From a virus: a DNA stretch of 57,438 bases. Each line of letters begins with the position of its first letter. The stretch's first letter is position 1. This document shows, in pieces, positions 44,372 through 54,180 of this stretch. Under the pieces are notes generated by a model that saw only the letters and a program-made list of their open reading frames with translations, was not told the DNA's origin and ran no database searches. The position numbers were made by a program, and so were the translations under genes. The DNA is taken from the IMG/VR virus record IMGVR_UViG_3300032356_000001. One strand, 5' to 3'.

Positions 44372-44839
44372 ATGACGATCGAGTATTCGCGGGATGACCA
44401 GCGTACCAAAGAGACCGTCTCGCCGTCGACGCCGCTGCCCGTGCGCGACACGAGGCGGTTCGCCGACACCCTCCTCGTCGCCACAACCAGCGTCACCGCC
44501 GACGCCAACCGCGACCTGCTGGGTAGCACCAGCACGGAACTGCCGACGCTGGATGGGTGCATGCAGTACCGCAAACTCGTCTGGTTCTACTTCCGCGCGG
44601 GCGCAGACGCGACCAACTACCGCGTTCTCGCACGCGCCACCGACCTGAGCGGCGCACCGCTCGGCGCAGGCTGGCAGGAGATTGTGCCCGCCACGACGCT
44701 GCCAGGCGGCGCGAACAGCTGGGGACGCATCGAAATCCCCGCAAGCAGCGACGGCTACTACGACCAGTACCGCATCGAAGTCCAGCGCACAGCGGGCAGC
44801 AACTACAACTTGACCAGCAAGATCGTGGGGGTACGGTAA
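44372..44839 (+). CDS. Hypothetical protein (155 aa)
   Basis: Leaderless ATG; appears beta-rich by composition. Confidence 0.55.
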   Translation: MTIEYSRDDQRTKETVSPSTPLPVRDTRRFADTLLVATTSVTADANRDLLGSTSTELPTLDGCMQYRKLVWFYFRAGADATNYRVLARATDLSGAPLGAGWQEIVPATTLPGGANSWGRIEIPASSDGYYDQYRIEVQRTAGSNYNLTSKIVGVR

Positions 44840-46977
44840 TGCCGCCGAAGGTGTGCCTTATAGTGCGCGAGTTTGGTACCTTCAACCGCGCGTGGACACA
44901 AATCCTGCGCAATCTCGGCATCGACTACACGCTGTGCGCCACCACAGGTAGCGCCACAAGCGCAAGCATCCAGACCCCGCAGGGTGTGTTCGCTGCTAAC
45001 AGCCCAGACCTGCGGGGCTACTTCCGCCAGTTCGACGCCGTCATCCTCTGCGACAACGGGAACAACCTCGCGGCAATTTCGCTCATCAACTACTCCGTCT
45101 TCTGGATGAGCTGGAACGACCCTGAAGACCCTGCGTTCCTGTTTTTCAACCCGCACTTTTCCGCGGCGATTACCGAGAGCGGATACAACAGCAACTTCCC
45201 CAGCGACTTCCCGATTGTGCGTCCCAGCCCCAGCGATATTGCAGGCACGCTCTACGCAGCGGATGGTGGCAGCGCGTCTGCCGTCAATCCACTTGGCGCG
45301 TCGAATGTTGGCGGACGCGGCGCGTGCGTGCTGTTTCTTGCCGAGAACATCCGCGCCCATGTGCAGACCATTTGCAACGCACATACGGATAACATCCCGT
45401 ACTACTGGCGACTGGACACCGCGAAGCACAGCACGCTGGCAAGCACGACCTACACGCATCGCGTCGCTCGAAACGAACGCGCGGGCGAGATTCTCGCTGT
45501 GCCCGCGCCGCCGACCAGCAGCGAAGACACGGAGACCTACCCCAGTGATTGCGTCGTCGCCTACCGCTACCGCAACTGTTTCTGGCTCCCGCACGCGATG
45601 GTGCGTTCCGCGCTGTCGGTAAACCTCTGGGACTCAACGGTCAATAGCTTCCTCTTCTGGCTGCTGTACGGCTTGCAGCTGGCAGGCGTGCGCCCGCGCT
45701 ATCGGCTCCCTGTGCAAATCGAGACCGACCACCCGCTGGAAGCAAAGGGTGCTGGAGCACCGTTTGGTATCGCGTCTCAGATGCGCATTCTCGAGGCAAG
45801 CTGGGACTACATGCGCGATCTCGCACGGCGCAAGGGTACGGCAATCGTGAACGGCGTCGTGGTCGGTACAAAGCATCGCAACACAGCAACAACATTCCAC
45901 TGGCACTCACTTTATAGCACATCGCGCACGCAAGCGGAACGCGACGCGGCGATGCGCGTGCATCAGATCCTCGTAGCGGGACACCGCGAGGGCACGACGC
46001 CTTGTGGGGTGCATGACCACACCATCGGCAGCGGCAACGGCTACTGGTCTGCAGCGGTCAGCGCGAACTTCGTGCGCCACGGTGGGATGCGCTACGGTGC
46101 GCCCAACGATGTGCCGATTGCGCGAGGCGGGTGTTGCGTCGCGCCGCATGTGCTGCCTGCAGGCGTCGCAGGTGCGGACGCGCAAACCGTGCAGGTCGGC
46201 GATACCGAACTGGTGGAATGGGACTTCACAGGGCGCACCAGCGGCACAGGTACGACCTTCGATCTGCCGATGGACAACATTCACGCGGCGCGGGTCATCA
46301 TCGAGAGCGAGATTGAAGAGATGCTGGCGCTCGGGTTCGGCGACGGCTACTGCGCAGGACACAAGTATACGAACACTGCCGCGAACAACTCGGGCGGCGA
46401 ATGCTACTGGCAAGCCCTGAAAGAGTTCGGGTTTCGTGGGATTCGTTCGCGAAGTAGCTGCACGGGGATTGACATCAAGCGTGTGCCGCCAAACCGCATT
46501 TGGCATGGGTTCCACCTTGTAGGCGCTCAACCGATCGACAACTGCAGTTCGGGGGCTACTTTTTCGCGCGGGTTATATTTGCCCAGCGCTCCTGCGGGCG
46601 GGGACGCGGTGAGACACTACTCGCTGGATCACGGCAGCGACATCAGCGCGAACTGGGCGACAGGGCAGGTTGCCGCGTGGCGTGCGTATCGGCGGCTGCT
46701 GTGCCAGACGACGAGCAATTGGCTGCACAGCACGGCGGTAGAACTCAGCGGCGCGTATTTTCATCCGAACCAGTCGCTGATGTGCGTTTCGCTTGCGGAC
46801 GCTGCCTTGCCGTTCGAGGGCTGGTCGCGCTTGGGTCCGTACGGCACGCCGCACTACAACCATGCCGTAGAGCTGCTGGAGAACATGGACGCGGTGGTGC
46901 GGCTCTTGCCTGAGTATCTGTATTGGGGCACGATTACGGATGTGATGGATCATCGCGAGCGGGTGATGAAATCATGA
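44839..46977 (+). CDS. Hypothetical large protein (712 aa); enzyme-like, function unknown
   Basis: ORF 44557-46977 trimmed to the ATG overlapping the upstream stop (TAATG). Confidence 0.55.
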   Translation: MPPKVCLIVREFGTFNRAWTQILRNLGIDYTLCATTGSATSASIQTPQGVFAANSPDLRGYFRQFDAVILCDNGNNLAAISLINYSVFWMSWNDPEDPAFLFFNPHFSAAITESGYNSNFPSDFPIVRPSPSDIAGTLYAADGGSASAVNPLGASNVGGRGACVLFLAENIRAHVQTICNAHTDNIPYYWRLDTAKHSTLASTTYTHRVARNERAGEILAVPAPPTSSEDTETYPSDCVVAYRYRNCFWLPHAMVRSALSVNLWDSTVNSFLFWLLYGLQLAGVRPRYRLPVQIETDHPLEAKGAGAPFGIASQMRILEASWDYMRDLARRKGTAIVNGVVVGTKHRNTATTFHWHSLYSTSRTQAERDAAMRVHQILVAGHREGTTPCGVHDHTIGSGNGYWSAAVSANFVRHGGMRYGAPNDVPIARGGCCVAPHVLPAGVAGADAQTVQVGDTELVEWDFTGRTSGTGTTFDLPMDNIHAARVIIESEIEEMLALGFGDGYCAGHKYTNTAANNSGGECYWQALKEFGFRGIRSRSSCTGIDIKRVPPNRIWHGFHLVGAQPIDNCSSGATFSRGLYLPSAPAGGDAVRHYSLDHGSDISANWATGQVAAWRAYRRLLCQTTSNWLHSTAVELSGAYFHPNQSLMCVSLADAALPFEGWSRLGPYGTPHYNHAVELLENMDAVVRLLPEYLYWGTITDVMDHRERVMKS

Positions 46978-47795
46978 GTAAGGGTACGCAGTGGTGGGCG
47001 ATGCATCGGCACGATATACCCGTAGATGGGGACTGGTCGGGTTTCGCTGGGGTTGCGCACGGGGGATACCGCCGTCAAGACGCGATTATCCGCCGCAACC
47101 CGCACATGTTCAGCGTGGTCTATACCCCGCCGTTCAATAGCGTATCGATGGAGACGAACCGTCCGCTTGACTTCCCAAGCTACGGCAACCTGTTCGATGG
47201 GTACGACGGTGATTTACCGCGCACGGGAAGCGAGTTCCGCTGGAGCTGGTTTCGCGGCTGGTGGGTGGACTGGACGCGCGTGGATATTGACCAGATTATC
47301 GATCGTTGGCGACCGCGCGTGCCGAACCATATCGCTTACTGGATGGTGGATAACATTCCTGAGTGGTACAGCGCTTGCGGGCGGAACGCGACTCGGTTTG
47401 CGGAGCAGGCGCACGCGCTCTGCAAGTGCTTGCGCAATATTGCCGATGTGCCCGTTGTGGGCAACATTTACCAGGGCGGCGCACATGCTGATGCGTTTAT
47501 TCAAAGTGCCGACGGGCTGCTGTATGAGAACTGGCTCTGGTTTTGGTCAGGCGGCAGCCCGCTCAGCGATTCGACTCGTCGCACAATACAGCAGCGCGTG
47601 GAGCGCGTGCTTGCAGACCCGTCGAAGTGCGTGGTGTTGCATGTGCCTGCTATGCCCGCGCATCAGGTCGCGCATGCGCAGGAGCGTATCTTGGATATGC
47701 TTGACCGACATGGCTTTGAGCGCGTGCTGTTTTACGAGCATCGTCCCGCGCAGGGTACAGTGAGTGTGCGGAGGGTCATGCAGGGGTTGCCGTGA
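46974..47795 (+). CDS. Hypothetical protein (273 aa), Trp-rich
   Basis: ATGA start/stop overlap with the upstream gene. Confidence 0.55.
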   Translation: MSKGTQWWAMHRHDIPVDGDWSGFAGVAHGGYRRQDAIIRRNPHMFSVVYTPPFNSVSMETNRPLDFPSYGNLFDGYDGDLPRTGSEFRWSWFRGWWVDWTRVDIDQIIDRWRPRVPNHIAYWMVDNIPEWYSACGRNATRFAEQAHALCKCLRNIADVPVVGNIYQGGAHADAFIQSADGLLYENWLWFWSGGSPLSDSTRRTIQQRVERVLADPSKCVVLHVPAMPAHQVAHAQERILDMLDRHGFERVLFYEHRPAQGTVSVRRVMQGLP

Positions 47796-47830
47796 TGCGC
47801 GTCCCCAGCGCGGAATCGACTGGGGACGCG
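47796..47830. terminator. Bidirectional terminator-like hairpin between convergent genes
   Basis: 12-bp perfect stem gcgcgtccccag / ctggggacgcgc with an 11-nt loop. Confidence 0.6.
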
Positions 47831-47846
47831 CGGTGGAGGAGACATG

Positions 47847-48440
47847 TCAGGTGGAAGACGCTCGCTCTAACTGTTCGACATGCTCCTCGCTTGTAGTGAG
47901 GCATAGCACGATTGCCGTCTCGTGCTTGCGTGCGATGTCCTGAAGGTAGCCCGTGAGTTCCATCGCGTCGTCGGGGTCTTTCGCCACGGCGTCGGGCGCG
48001 TAGAAGAAGACCACCGACGGCGACAGTTCGCCGATCACCTCTTCCAGCACTGGCACCGCCTCACGGCGCGGTATATTTACCACGCCGAACTTTGCGTGCG
48101 GTCTCTCCCAGCCGTTCGACTCGCGTATCCTGTCGGCAATCTCGCCGACGACGGCGATGTCGTCGAGGCTGGCGCGGGGAATCGCGACAAGCACGGTGTT
48201 TGGTCGAAATGTCTGGAATGGATGCACGGACTCGCCGACGCATGTCGCGACGGCGACTCGGAGCATACGCTCCATCATCGCATACATGCGCTCGGTATTA
48301 TCAACGGCTGCGTCGTCGGCGTAGAACCAAATCATGCACTCCCCCATCGCGGCGAGGGGTTGAACCACCCACGCCGCTTCGGGCAGAGTCGGGGGCTCGT
48401 CCTGCCCCTCTCGTCCAATCAGCACCGTAATCTCTCTCAT
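47847..48440 (-). CDS. Hypothetical protein (197 aa)
   Basis: Last ORF of the leftward early operon. Confidence 0.5.
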   Translation of the reverse strand: MREITVLIGREGQDEPPTLPEAAWVVQPLAAMGECMIWFYADDAAVDNTERMYAMMERMLRVAVATCVGESVHPFQTFRPNTVLVAIPRASLDDIAVVGEIADRIRESNGWERPHAKFGVVNIPRREAVPVLEEVIGELSPSVVFFYAPDAVAKDPDDAMELTGYLQDIARKHETAIVLCLTTSEEHVEQLERASST

Positions 48441-48769
48441 GGCATGCCTCCTGTGACCGCCTTGTCGTAGAGGTAGACCGCGACGGCGGCAATCGCGATC
48501 ATGACGAGGAGCGCGACGCGCAGGATGCGGTTCTCGCGTTCAAGCTCCGCGATGCGCTCCGAATCAGTCTCTGTCGCGTCGATGACTGGTGCGGGTATGA
48601 ATCCACCGCATCGCTCACATAGCGAGGGGCGTCGAGACGGGTCGCTGACAGGGATGGGGTAGGTGCAGTAGCACCTTCGCGCTATCCATCGTCGCCAGCG
48701 ACGGTCTTGCGCGTCATCCATGATCGCGTCTTGCTCCAGCCTGACCTTGTCTTGCTCATGCATCTCCAT
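48437..48769 (-). CDS. Small protein with a Cys cluster (CYC..CERC) and a C-terminal transmembrane helix
   Basis: GGGAGGA SD precedes ATG 48769; hydrophobic stretch LLVMIAIAAVAVYLY. Confidence 0.5.
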   Translation of the reverse strand: MEMHEQDKVRLEQDAIMDDAQDRRWRRWIARRCYCTYPIPVSDPSRRPSLCERCGGFIPAPVIDATETDSERIAELERENRILRVALLVMIAIAAVAVYLYDKAVTGGMP

Positions 48770-49547
48770 CTTCGTCCTCCCATTCGTCGAGTTCGATGTC
48801 TGCATACTCGTCGGGCTCCTGCTCCACGCGCACTGGTGGCGGGTCGATGGCGCGGTCGCGGTTTCTCAGTTCGCCGACGATGGCGAGCTGCCGCGCCTGC
48901 GCGAATGTGAGGTCGGAGACGGCGTTCGCGCCGAGGTTCGCAAGCACCTGCCGTACCTCGTCCGCGCTGTAAAGTGCGCGGAGCTGGTCGCGCAACAGCC
49001 GCGCCTCCTCGTCGCCCTGCGCGATGAGTTCGCGCATGAGTCGATCGTCGCGCGATAGAGCATACTCCCACGCCTCGGCGTCGACGGGCTCAAGGCTGGA
49101 CGCCTCGTCAGGGTCGAGCAGACCCATCACGACATCGGGCGCGATTATCCTCAGCGCGTCCCCGATGGCGCGCCAGCGGAGCATCTGGCGTGGGTAGAGC
49201 CGCCAGTTTCGCTGGTCAGCCAACCCCGCGCGCCGCGCGTCCGCGAGGGTGTAGGTGACCGTCACGCGCTCGCCATCGCGCACCAGCGTGACGGTGACGG
49301 CGGTTCCATCCGCCGACTCTTCAAGCGTCTCGACGCGCACGCCCGCTCGCTGACGCGCCATCGCCAGCTGGAGCTGAACGCTCATCGTCAACCTACCCCT
49401 GATGAAGGACATGGTTCTCAGAGCCTGCAACGGTTGCAGACCCATCTCCTGCCCTGCGGCGATGATAATCATCGCCTGCGCGTCATTGATGTCGGGGGGA
49501 ATCATCCCCCCTGTTCGTGCCATTCGGATGGTTTCTACCGCGTTCAT
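48756..49547 (-). CDS. recT: RecT-family single-strand annealing protein
   Basis: GLQPLQALRTMSFIRGRL ... NWRLYPRQMLRWRAIGDALRIIAPDVVMG; acidic tail. Confidence 0.75.
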   Translation of the reverse strand: MNAVETIRMARTGGMIPPDINDAQAMIIIAAGQEMGLQPLQALRTMSFIRGRLTMSVQLQLAMARQRAGVRVETLEESADGTAVTVTLVRDGERVTVTYTLADARRAGLADQRNWRLYPRQMLRWRAIGDALRIIAPDVVMGLLDPDEASSLEPVDAEAWEYALSRDDRLMRELIAQGDEEARLLRDQLRALYSADEVRQVLANLGANAVSDLTFAQARQLAIVGELRNRDRAIDPPPVRVEQEPDEYADIELDEWEDEDGDA

Positions 49548-50327
49548 TTATACCACCTCCATAAGCAGGTCAGCAGTTATCAGCTGCGCGTCTTCAGTCT
49601 CCATCTCCTCGCGCATCTGTTGCATCAGCGCGAGGTAGTGGTCGAGGTGCTTCTTTACTTCCTGCAGTCGCTTCAGGCTCTTCGTCTTCCGCGCATCGGA
49701 CTTCGCAGACTCAAACGCCCGCTGTAACTGTTGCATTAAAGCCGTCAGTAACTTGACTGCGTCCCGCGCGATTTCTCGCGCGACCTCGGACTGTGGATCG
49801 ACCTCTATGGTGCGAACCCTTCCCCCCTCGCGCTGAATCGCTTCGAATACTGGGCTGAGTTCGTCGTAGGCGTCGGGAGGCAGGTAGTACGCACCCCCCG
49901 CCGCCCGCACCGTGACGCCGCCCAGTCGCTCGATGCGTTTCACGATGGCGGGCGTGAGTGCGAGCGCGTCAAACTCAAGCGGGAGCGTCTCCAGAGCAGT
50001 GCGGGTCTCGTCGTCTTTAGACTCGACGACGGACATCGACGGATAGACAATCACGCCGAGTCTTTCGGCACGGTAGTCTGGCGTTAGCGAGTCACTGAAT
50101 TCACAGCGCAGCGCAAACAGCGCCGTCATGCCTTCGAAAGAGCGGTAGAAGATATAATCAGCGTCGTTCAGCACGCCACAGTCTCTCAGGTGCTTCTGCC
50201 ACCGCAACTGGTGGCGATACACCGTCGGCGTCTTCAGCAAGGCTCGTAGCTCTGGGCTCTGCGGGAATCCCATCCCGCGCAAGTCCCAAGTTACGATTAG
50301 TCCGACTCCAGTCGTTGCGTTCATCAT
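49548..50327 (-). CDS. Hypothetical protein (259 aa), first gene behind promoter module A
   Basis: GAGGAGGAG SD precedes ATGATG. Confidence 0.55.
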   Translation of the reverse strand: MMNATTGVGLIVTWDLRGMGFPQSPELRALLKTPTVYRHQLRWQKHLRDCGVLNDADYIFYRSFEGMTALFALRCEFSDSLTPDYRAERLGVIVYPSMSVVESKDDETRTALETLPLEFDALALTPAIVKRIERLGGVTVRAAGGAYYLPPDAYDELSPVFEAIQREGGRVRTIEVDPQSEVAREIARDAVKLLTALMQQLQRAFESAKSDARKTKSLKRLQEVKKHLDHYLALMQQMREEMETEDAQLITADLLMEVV

Positions 50328-50482
50328 GTCTCCTCCTCGGCTGGTATCCAGCCTACCCATATTATACCACATCCCAGACGGGAAAGTCAAGTCCTTTGCT
50401 GGGTAAACCCGAAATCTGGTAAATCTGCGTGGGTCTCGCGCGTTTCGCGCTCCAAAGAGTTTAGCGCGGTTCAGGAGCTGGT
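50328..50482 (-). promoter_or_regulatory. Early promoter module A: TTGACT-18nt-TATAAT (TG-extended), conserved 5'UTR hairpin and strong SD
   Basis: Near-identical to 54026-54180; -10 at 50361-50366, -35 at 50385-50390. Confidence 0.7.
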
Positions 50483-50514
50483 GTCGATGATGCGCTGGGC
50501 ACAGTTGGAATTGG

Positions 50515-50546
50515 CACGCCACGCGCTGTATATCGCGCGTGGCGTG
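50515..50546 (-). terminator. Terminator-like hairpin separating the module-B operon from promoter module A
   Basis: 12-bp perfect stem cacgccacgcgc / gcgcgtggcgtg with an 8-nt loop; no clear U-tract. Confidence 0.5.
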
Positions 50547-50550
50547 TATG

Positions 50551-51021
50551 TCAGGTCTTCGCCGTCATTTTCGCTGCAGTCGCGCGGTTCTGGATTTCGG
50601 CAACCGCGCGTCGCTGCTGTCGTAGCACCTCCTCGGCGTGTCGCTTGTGCCCTTCGGCGCGGGCGCGGAGCCATCGCTCGATGCGCTCCAGCCAGCGCAC
50701 CGCGGCAAGCACGCGCGAGGGATAGCCGTTGAGCTTGTCAACGATAGTCTCGGCATCCTCGCGATTGCCATTGAAGGATATTGTTCGTACACTGCCCCCG
50801 ACATGCATTTCTATCCCGTCGAGCTGCGGCTCGTCGGACATGAAACGCTTTGCAGGGTACACGAACTGCACTCCGCCGAGGCGCAGTTCGAACCGCTTCA
50901 GCCGCCCACGAGGCACTCGTGGGAAGGTGTGCGCCTCATACGCTTTGCGTGCCTCGTTGCACGCCTGCAAAGCGTCGTGGAGCGCAGTAACCATCGCCTC
51001 TCTGAGTTTAGGCTCACTCAT
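50551..51021 (-). CDS. Hypothetical protein (156 aa)
   Basis: AAGGAGGTGG SD; start overlaps the VWA gene stop. Confidence 0.55.
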   Translation of the reverse strand: MSEPKLREAMVTALHDALQACNEARKAYEAHTFPRVPRGRLKRFELRLGGVQFVYPAKRFMSDEPQLDGIEMHVGGSVRTISFNGNREDAETIVDKLNGYPSRVLAAVRWLERIERWLRARAEGHKRHAEEVLRQQRRAVAEIQNRATAAKMTAKT

Positions 51022-52624
51022 CGATAACCACCTCCTTGACCCACGCAGGCGTGTTGTCTCGTCGCCCGCGCGGGGTGATGACGGCGATAACGGGCACGCG
51101 CGTGCGTGGGGCGCGTCCCCACGGCGTCTCGCCGTCGGTGACGACCACCACCAGCTGTGGCGGTCGCGACTTCGGGCTGCTGGAGTCGGCGACCTCACGC
51201 ACAAGGTATCCCATATCCGTGCCGCCGCCCCCGCGCACCCTGCGGAACGCCTTCACAGCTTCCGCCGCTGTGCGCACGCGAGCCTCGGCGCGTACGCTCG
51301 TGTCGCCGAACACGACGCGCATCTCGGCGACTCCGCCTCGCTTGAGTATCGCCTGTACCTCGCGCAGGGCGACGCCCAACTCGCCGTCGCTGATTGAGCC
51401 GCTCGTGTCGACGATGACGGCGACATCGAGCATGGGCTGGCGGAGCGTCGGTAAGACGACATCTGGGATGGCGCTCTGGCGGCGATTGGGTCTCGCGTAG
51501 GAGTAATCGAGGCGTCCCGCGCCGTAAGTGCGCCCTCGCGCAATATGCCGCGCGAGTATCCGCTGCCACGGCAGCGGCTTGTTCGTCGTGGCAGCGTCGT
51601 ACCGCCTCGCCATGTTCGCGCCCTGCGAGCCGCGAGTCTTAGCATACTCGGCGGCGGCTCTAAGGGTGGATTCGACGAGCTGGTCAATCTCCACCTGCGA
51701 GACAGGCTCCTCATCGGTCTCCCACGGCGCAGGTCGTCCCGTGGCAGCGGAGCCTTGTTGCGACGATTGCGTGGATGACGACTCGGGCGCGGAGTCGCTG
51801 CCGCGTGCGTCGTCGTCGCCCGATGCGTCGGACGAACGCTGCGCGTCGCATGCGCCATCTGCGCCGCTCGCTCCGCCACTCTGCCCAACCTGCGACGAGT
51901 CGCCTGCGTTTTCGCTCGATGATTGGGGAGATGAGTCGCCGCGGCTGCGACCACACGCGCCGTGTGAGGACTGGTCTTTACCAGCCCCCTCAGCGGGCGT
52001 GCCCGCGCCCTGCGACGAGTCTGTAGCGTGCGCAGACGAGCCGTCGTCATTAGTAGCAGAGGGAGACGGCGCGTCACCAGCAGATGCACCGTCGCGCCCA
52101 TCCGACTCTTCTTCGGACGAGGATTCCGCGACCGCGCCAGTCGACCCCGCGTCTGAGTCGCCATCCTGCGAGTCGCCATCTTGCGGAGTCGTTGAAGTCG
52201 AACTTGAATCGCTCAACATATCGAGGAGCGCGAGGGCGTACTCCTCTGCGGTACGCCCCGCCTCAAGTCCAACTTCCTGTGGGAGCGTCCAGTCGGGACG
52301 GCTGCCGTACTCGCCCGCGAGGTCGTCGTCGATTTCCATCGCGGAGGCAGTCTCAGCAATATCGCGAGGCAGCGACTTGAGCCGTCGCGCGTGGCGGCGG
52401 ATCAGACGCTCGACCTCACGGCGAAGCTGGATGACGAGAGTCTCCAGCTCCGTCTGCTCTACGACAGTCGGATTGTAATACAGCGTCCAGCCCTCGCTGG
52501 CGGCGAGGGCGTGCGGGCACGCCTCGCTCGCCACCATTCTCAGGCGAATCGTCGCTGTTGCGAGGTACGGACGTCCCCTCATGAGGGCGTACCTCGCAAT
52601 CTGCACCTTCTGACTCGCTTTCAT
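51014..52624 (-). CDS. VWA-domain protein (DUF2201-like; HExxH position degenerate) with an acidic Ser/Asp-rich insert
   Basis: MIDAS VAVIVDTSGSISD and ..VVVVTDGETPW. The N-terminal domain is homologous in layout to CDS 12453-14453 but reads RREVERLIRRH where HExxH is expected. Confidence 0.75.
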   Translation of the reverse strand: MKASQKVQIARYALMRGRPYLATATIRLRMVASEACPHALAASEGWTLYYNPTVVEQTELETLVIQLRREVERLIRRHARRLKSLPRDIAETASAMEIDDDLAGEYGSRPDWTLPQEVGLEAGRTAEEYALALLDMLSDSSSTSTTPQDGDSQDGDSDAGSTGAVAESSSEEESDGRDGASAGDAPSPSATNDDGSSAHATDSSQGAGTPAEGAGKDQSSHGACGRSRGDSSPQSSSENAGDSSQVGQSGGASGADGACDAQRSSDASGDDDARGSDSAPESSSTQSSQQGSAATGRPAPWETDEEPVSQVEIDQLVESTLRAAAEYAKTRGSQGANMARRYDAATTNKPLPWQRILARHIARGRTYGAGRLDYSYARPNRRQSAIPDVVLPTLRQPMLDVAVIVDTSGSISDGELGVALREVQAILKRGGVAEMRVVFGDTSVRAEARVRTAAEAVKAFRRVRGGGGTDMGYLVREVADSSSPKSRPPQLVVVVTDGETPWGRAPRTRVPVIAVITPRGRRDNTPAWVKEVVIDE

Positions 52625-53679
52625 CGTTGCATCGCCTCCTCAACGGCACCCATAAACTCGGAGAACTGAGACAGGTCTGGTGTGCCGTAAAGCGCACGCC
52701 CTCGCTTCAGCAGACGACCCGCTGCCAGTGCAGCGAGGTCTGTTGCACTCTGTGCAACGCCACGGAGGACTTCCCACGCCCTCTCCCAAGACTCGGGCGA
52801 CTCGATTGCCTCTGCCGACTCCGCCAGCGCGGTGAGTTCGGCATGGGCGATGTCGCCTCGGCTTGGCAACCGATAGGCTCGCCCAAGCGCGAGGATTTCG
52901 ACAGGCTCGCGCAAGTCAAGCGTCACCAGCCATGACGAGAACTCAGCCGCAGGCGCGTCGCCGACAAGCGCCGCGGCGAGGTCGCCTGCCGATGTGGGAT
53001 CGAGACTCGCCGCGGCCCACGCGCGGGAAAACATATCCCAAGTTCGCGGGGTCGCGAATCGAGTCTCTTCTCGCGACGGATCGAATGTATAAAGCAGATT
53101 CGGTCGTCGCGTGAGGAATGCTGCCACGCGGGCTCGTGCGCGAGACCAGATAGTCTCTTCCACTCCCTCCAGCTGGGGCGGGTTGCCCCAGTACGAGGGG
53201 AAGTGGCGCACCCACTCACCTGCGTCGAGCGAGTAGGTGAGATGCGCGAAGCGGTTCGCAAGCGGGGGCGCGAGTTCCCATCCGTTCGCTGCCATCTCAG
53301 GGGGATTGGCAGCAGCGACGACGCGCACGCCTGCAGGCAGGCTGTGTGCGCCGACCTTGCGCTCCAGCACCAAGCGCAGCAGCGCCGCTTGCACCGTCGG
53401 CGGCGCGGTAGTCAACTCGTCCAGAAACAGGATGCCCTGCCCGCTCTCCTCGAACTGGTAGACCCAGTCAGGCGGAGCGAAGCGCACGCGCCCATCGTGC
53501 AGCGCAGGCAGCCCGTTGAAGTCGGTCGGGTCGTGCAGGCTGGCGATAATCTCGATGAGTTGCCAGCCCCGTTTGCTCGCCACGGCTCGAATGTGAGCCG
53601 TCTTACCTACGCCAGGGGCGCCCCACACGAGGGTGGGGACGCCCGCGTCTATCAATCTGCCAAGTACCTTACCGTTCAT
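52621..53679 (-). CDS. MoxR-like AAA+ ATPase
   Basis: Walker A VWGAPGVGKT, Walker B ILFLDELTTAPP, VRVVAAANP; 352 aa. Confidence 0.85.
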   Translation of the reverse strand: MNGKVLGRLIDAGVPTLVWGAPGVGKTAHIRAVASKRGWQLIEIIASLHDPTDFNGLPALHDGRVRFAPPDWVYQFEESGQGILFLDELTTAPPTVQAALLRLVLERKVGAHSLPAGVRVVAAANPPEMAANGWELAPPLANRFAHLTYSLDAGEWVRHFPSYWGNPPQLEGVEETIWSRARARVAAFLTRRPNLLYTFDPSREETRFATPRTWDMFSRAWAAASLDPTSAGDLAAALVGDAPAAEFSSWLVTLDLREPVEILALGRAYRLPSRGDIAHAELTALAESAEAIESPESWERAWEVLRGVAQSATDLAALAAGRLLKRGRALYGTPDLSQFSEFMGAVEEAMQR

Positions 53680-54025
53680 CGCATGCCTCCTCCTTGATGG
53701 TAACAGGCTCGGTCAGCATGAGCATGGCATAGAACGGGTACTCCCAGTCGTCGGGCTGCTCGTCGCCGACGATGGGCTGTCGGTAGTCGAGTACCCTTTT
53801 CACGAAGTCCTCATACGCAATCTCGCTGCAATACAGCTTGTGCAAGACGAGCATCGCGTCTGTCCGTTCGTAGTCGACGAGGAGCTGCGCTATCTCGAAA
53901 AGCAGCTCATTCGCGACCTCTTCTATTTTGCGGCCCAGTCCATCGGCGCTCTCGATTGCAAGCGCCCTCATCGACTTAACGGCTTCGACTATCTCGTTCA
54001 GCATCCTCATCTGCATGCGCATCAT
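53669..54025 (-). CDS. Hypothetical protein (118 aa), first gene behind promoter module B
   Basis: GAGGAGGAG SD precedes ATGATG. Confidence 0.55.
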   Translation of the reverse strand: MMRMQMRMLNEIVEAVKSMRALAIESADGLGRKIEEVANELLFEIAQLLVDYERTDAMLVLHKLYCSEIAYEDFVKRVLDYRQPIVGDEQPDDWEYPFYAMLMLTEPVTIKEEACDER

Positions 54026-54180
54026 ATGTCTCCTCCTCGGCTGTTTCCAGCCTACCCATGTTATACCACATCCCAGACGGGAAAGTCAAGTCCTTTGCTG
54101 GGTAAACCCGAAATCTGGTAAATCTGCGTGGGTCTCGCGCGTTTCGCGCTCCAAAGAGTTTAGCGCGTTTCAGGAACTGG
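54026..54180 (-). promoter_or_regulatory. Early promoter module B (copy of module A; -10 is TATAAC)
   Basis: -10 at 54060-54065, -35 at 54084-54089; the 5'UTR hairpin carries compensatory changes (GGCTG-gaaa-CAGCC). Confidence 0.65.

Noticed and set aside
43912-44574. 220-aa version of the holin ORF.
   Set aside because: The N-terminal 80 codons run antisense through the divergent promoter pair and the start of the plus-strand gene. The hydrophobic holin core starts after ATG 44331, which has leaderless promoter spacing.
50324-50522. Recurring peptide MWYN(R/M/I)G..LDTSRGGDMM at the N-termini of ORFs 193-1041, 49548-50522 and 54382-54753, and WYNRGEAM in 12453-14564. It looked like a conserved protein motif.
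   Set aside because: It is the in-frame translation of the promoter and SD DNA (aTGTGGTATAAT ... GAGGAGGAGACATGATG). The true starts lie downstream, so the apparent conservation is regulatory DNA rather than protein.
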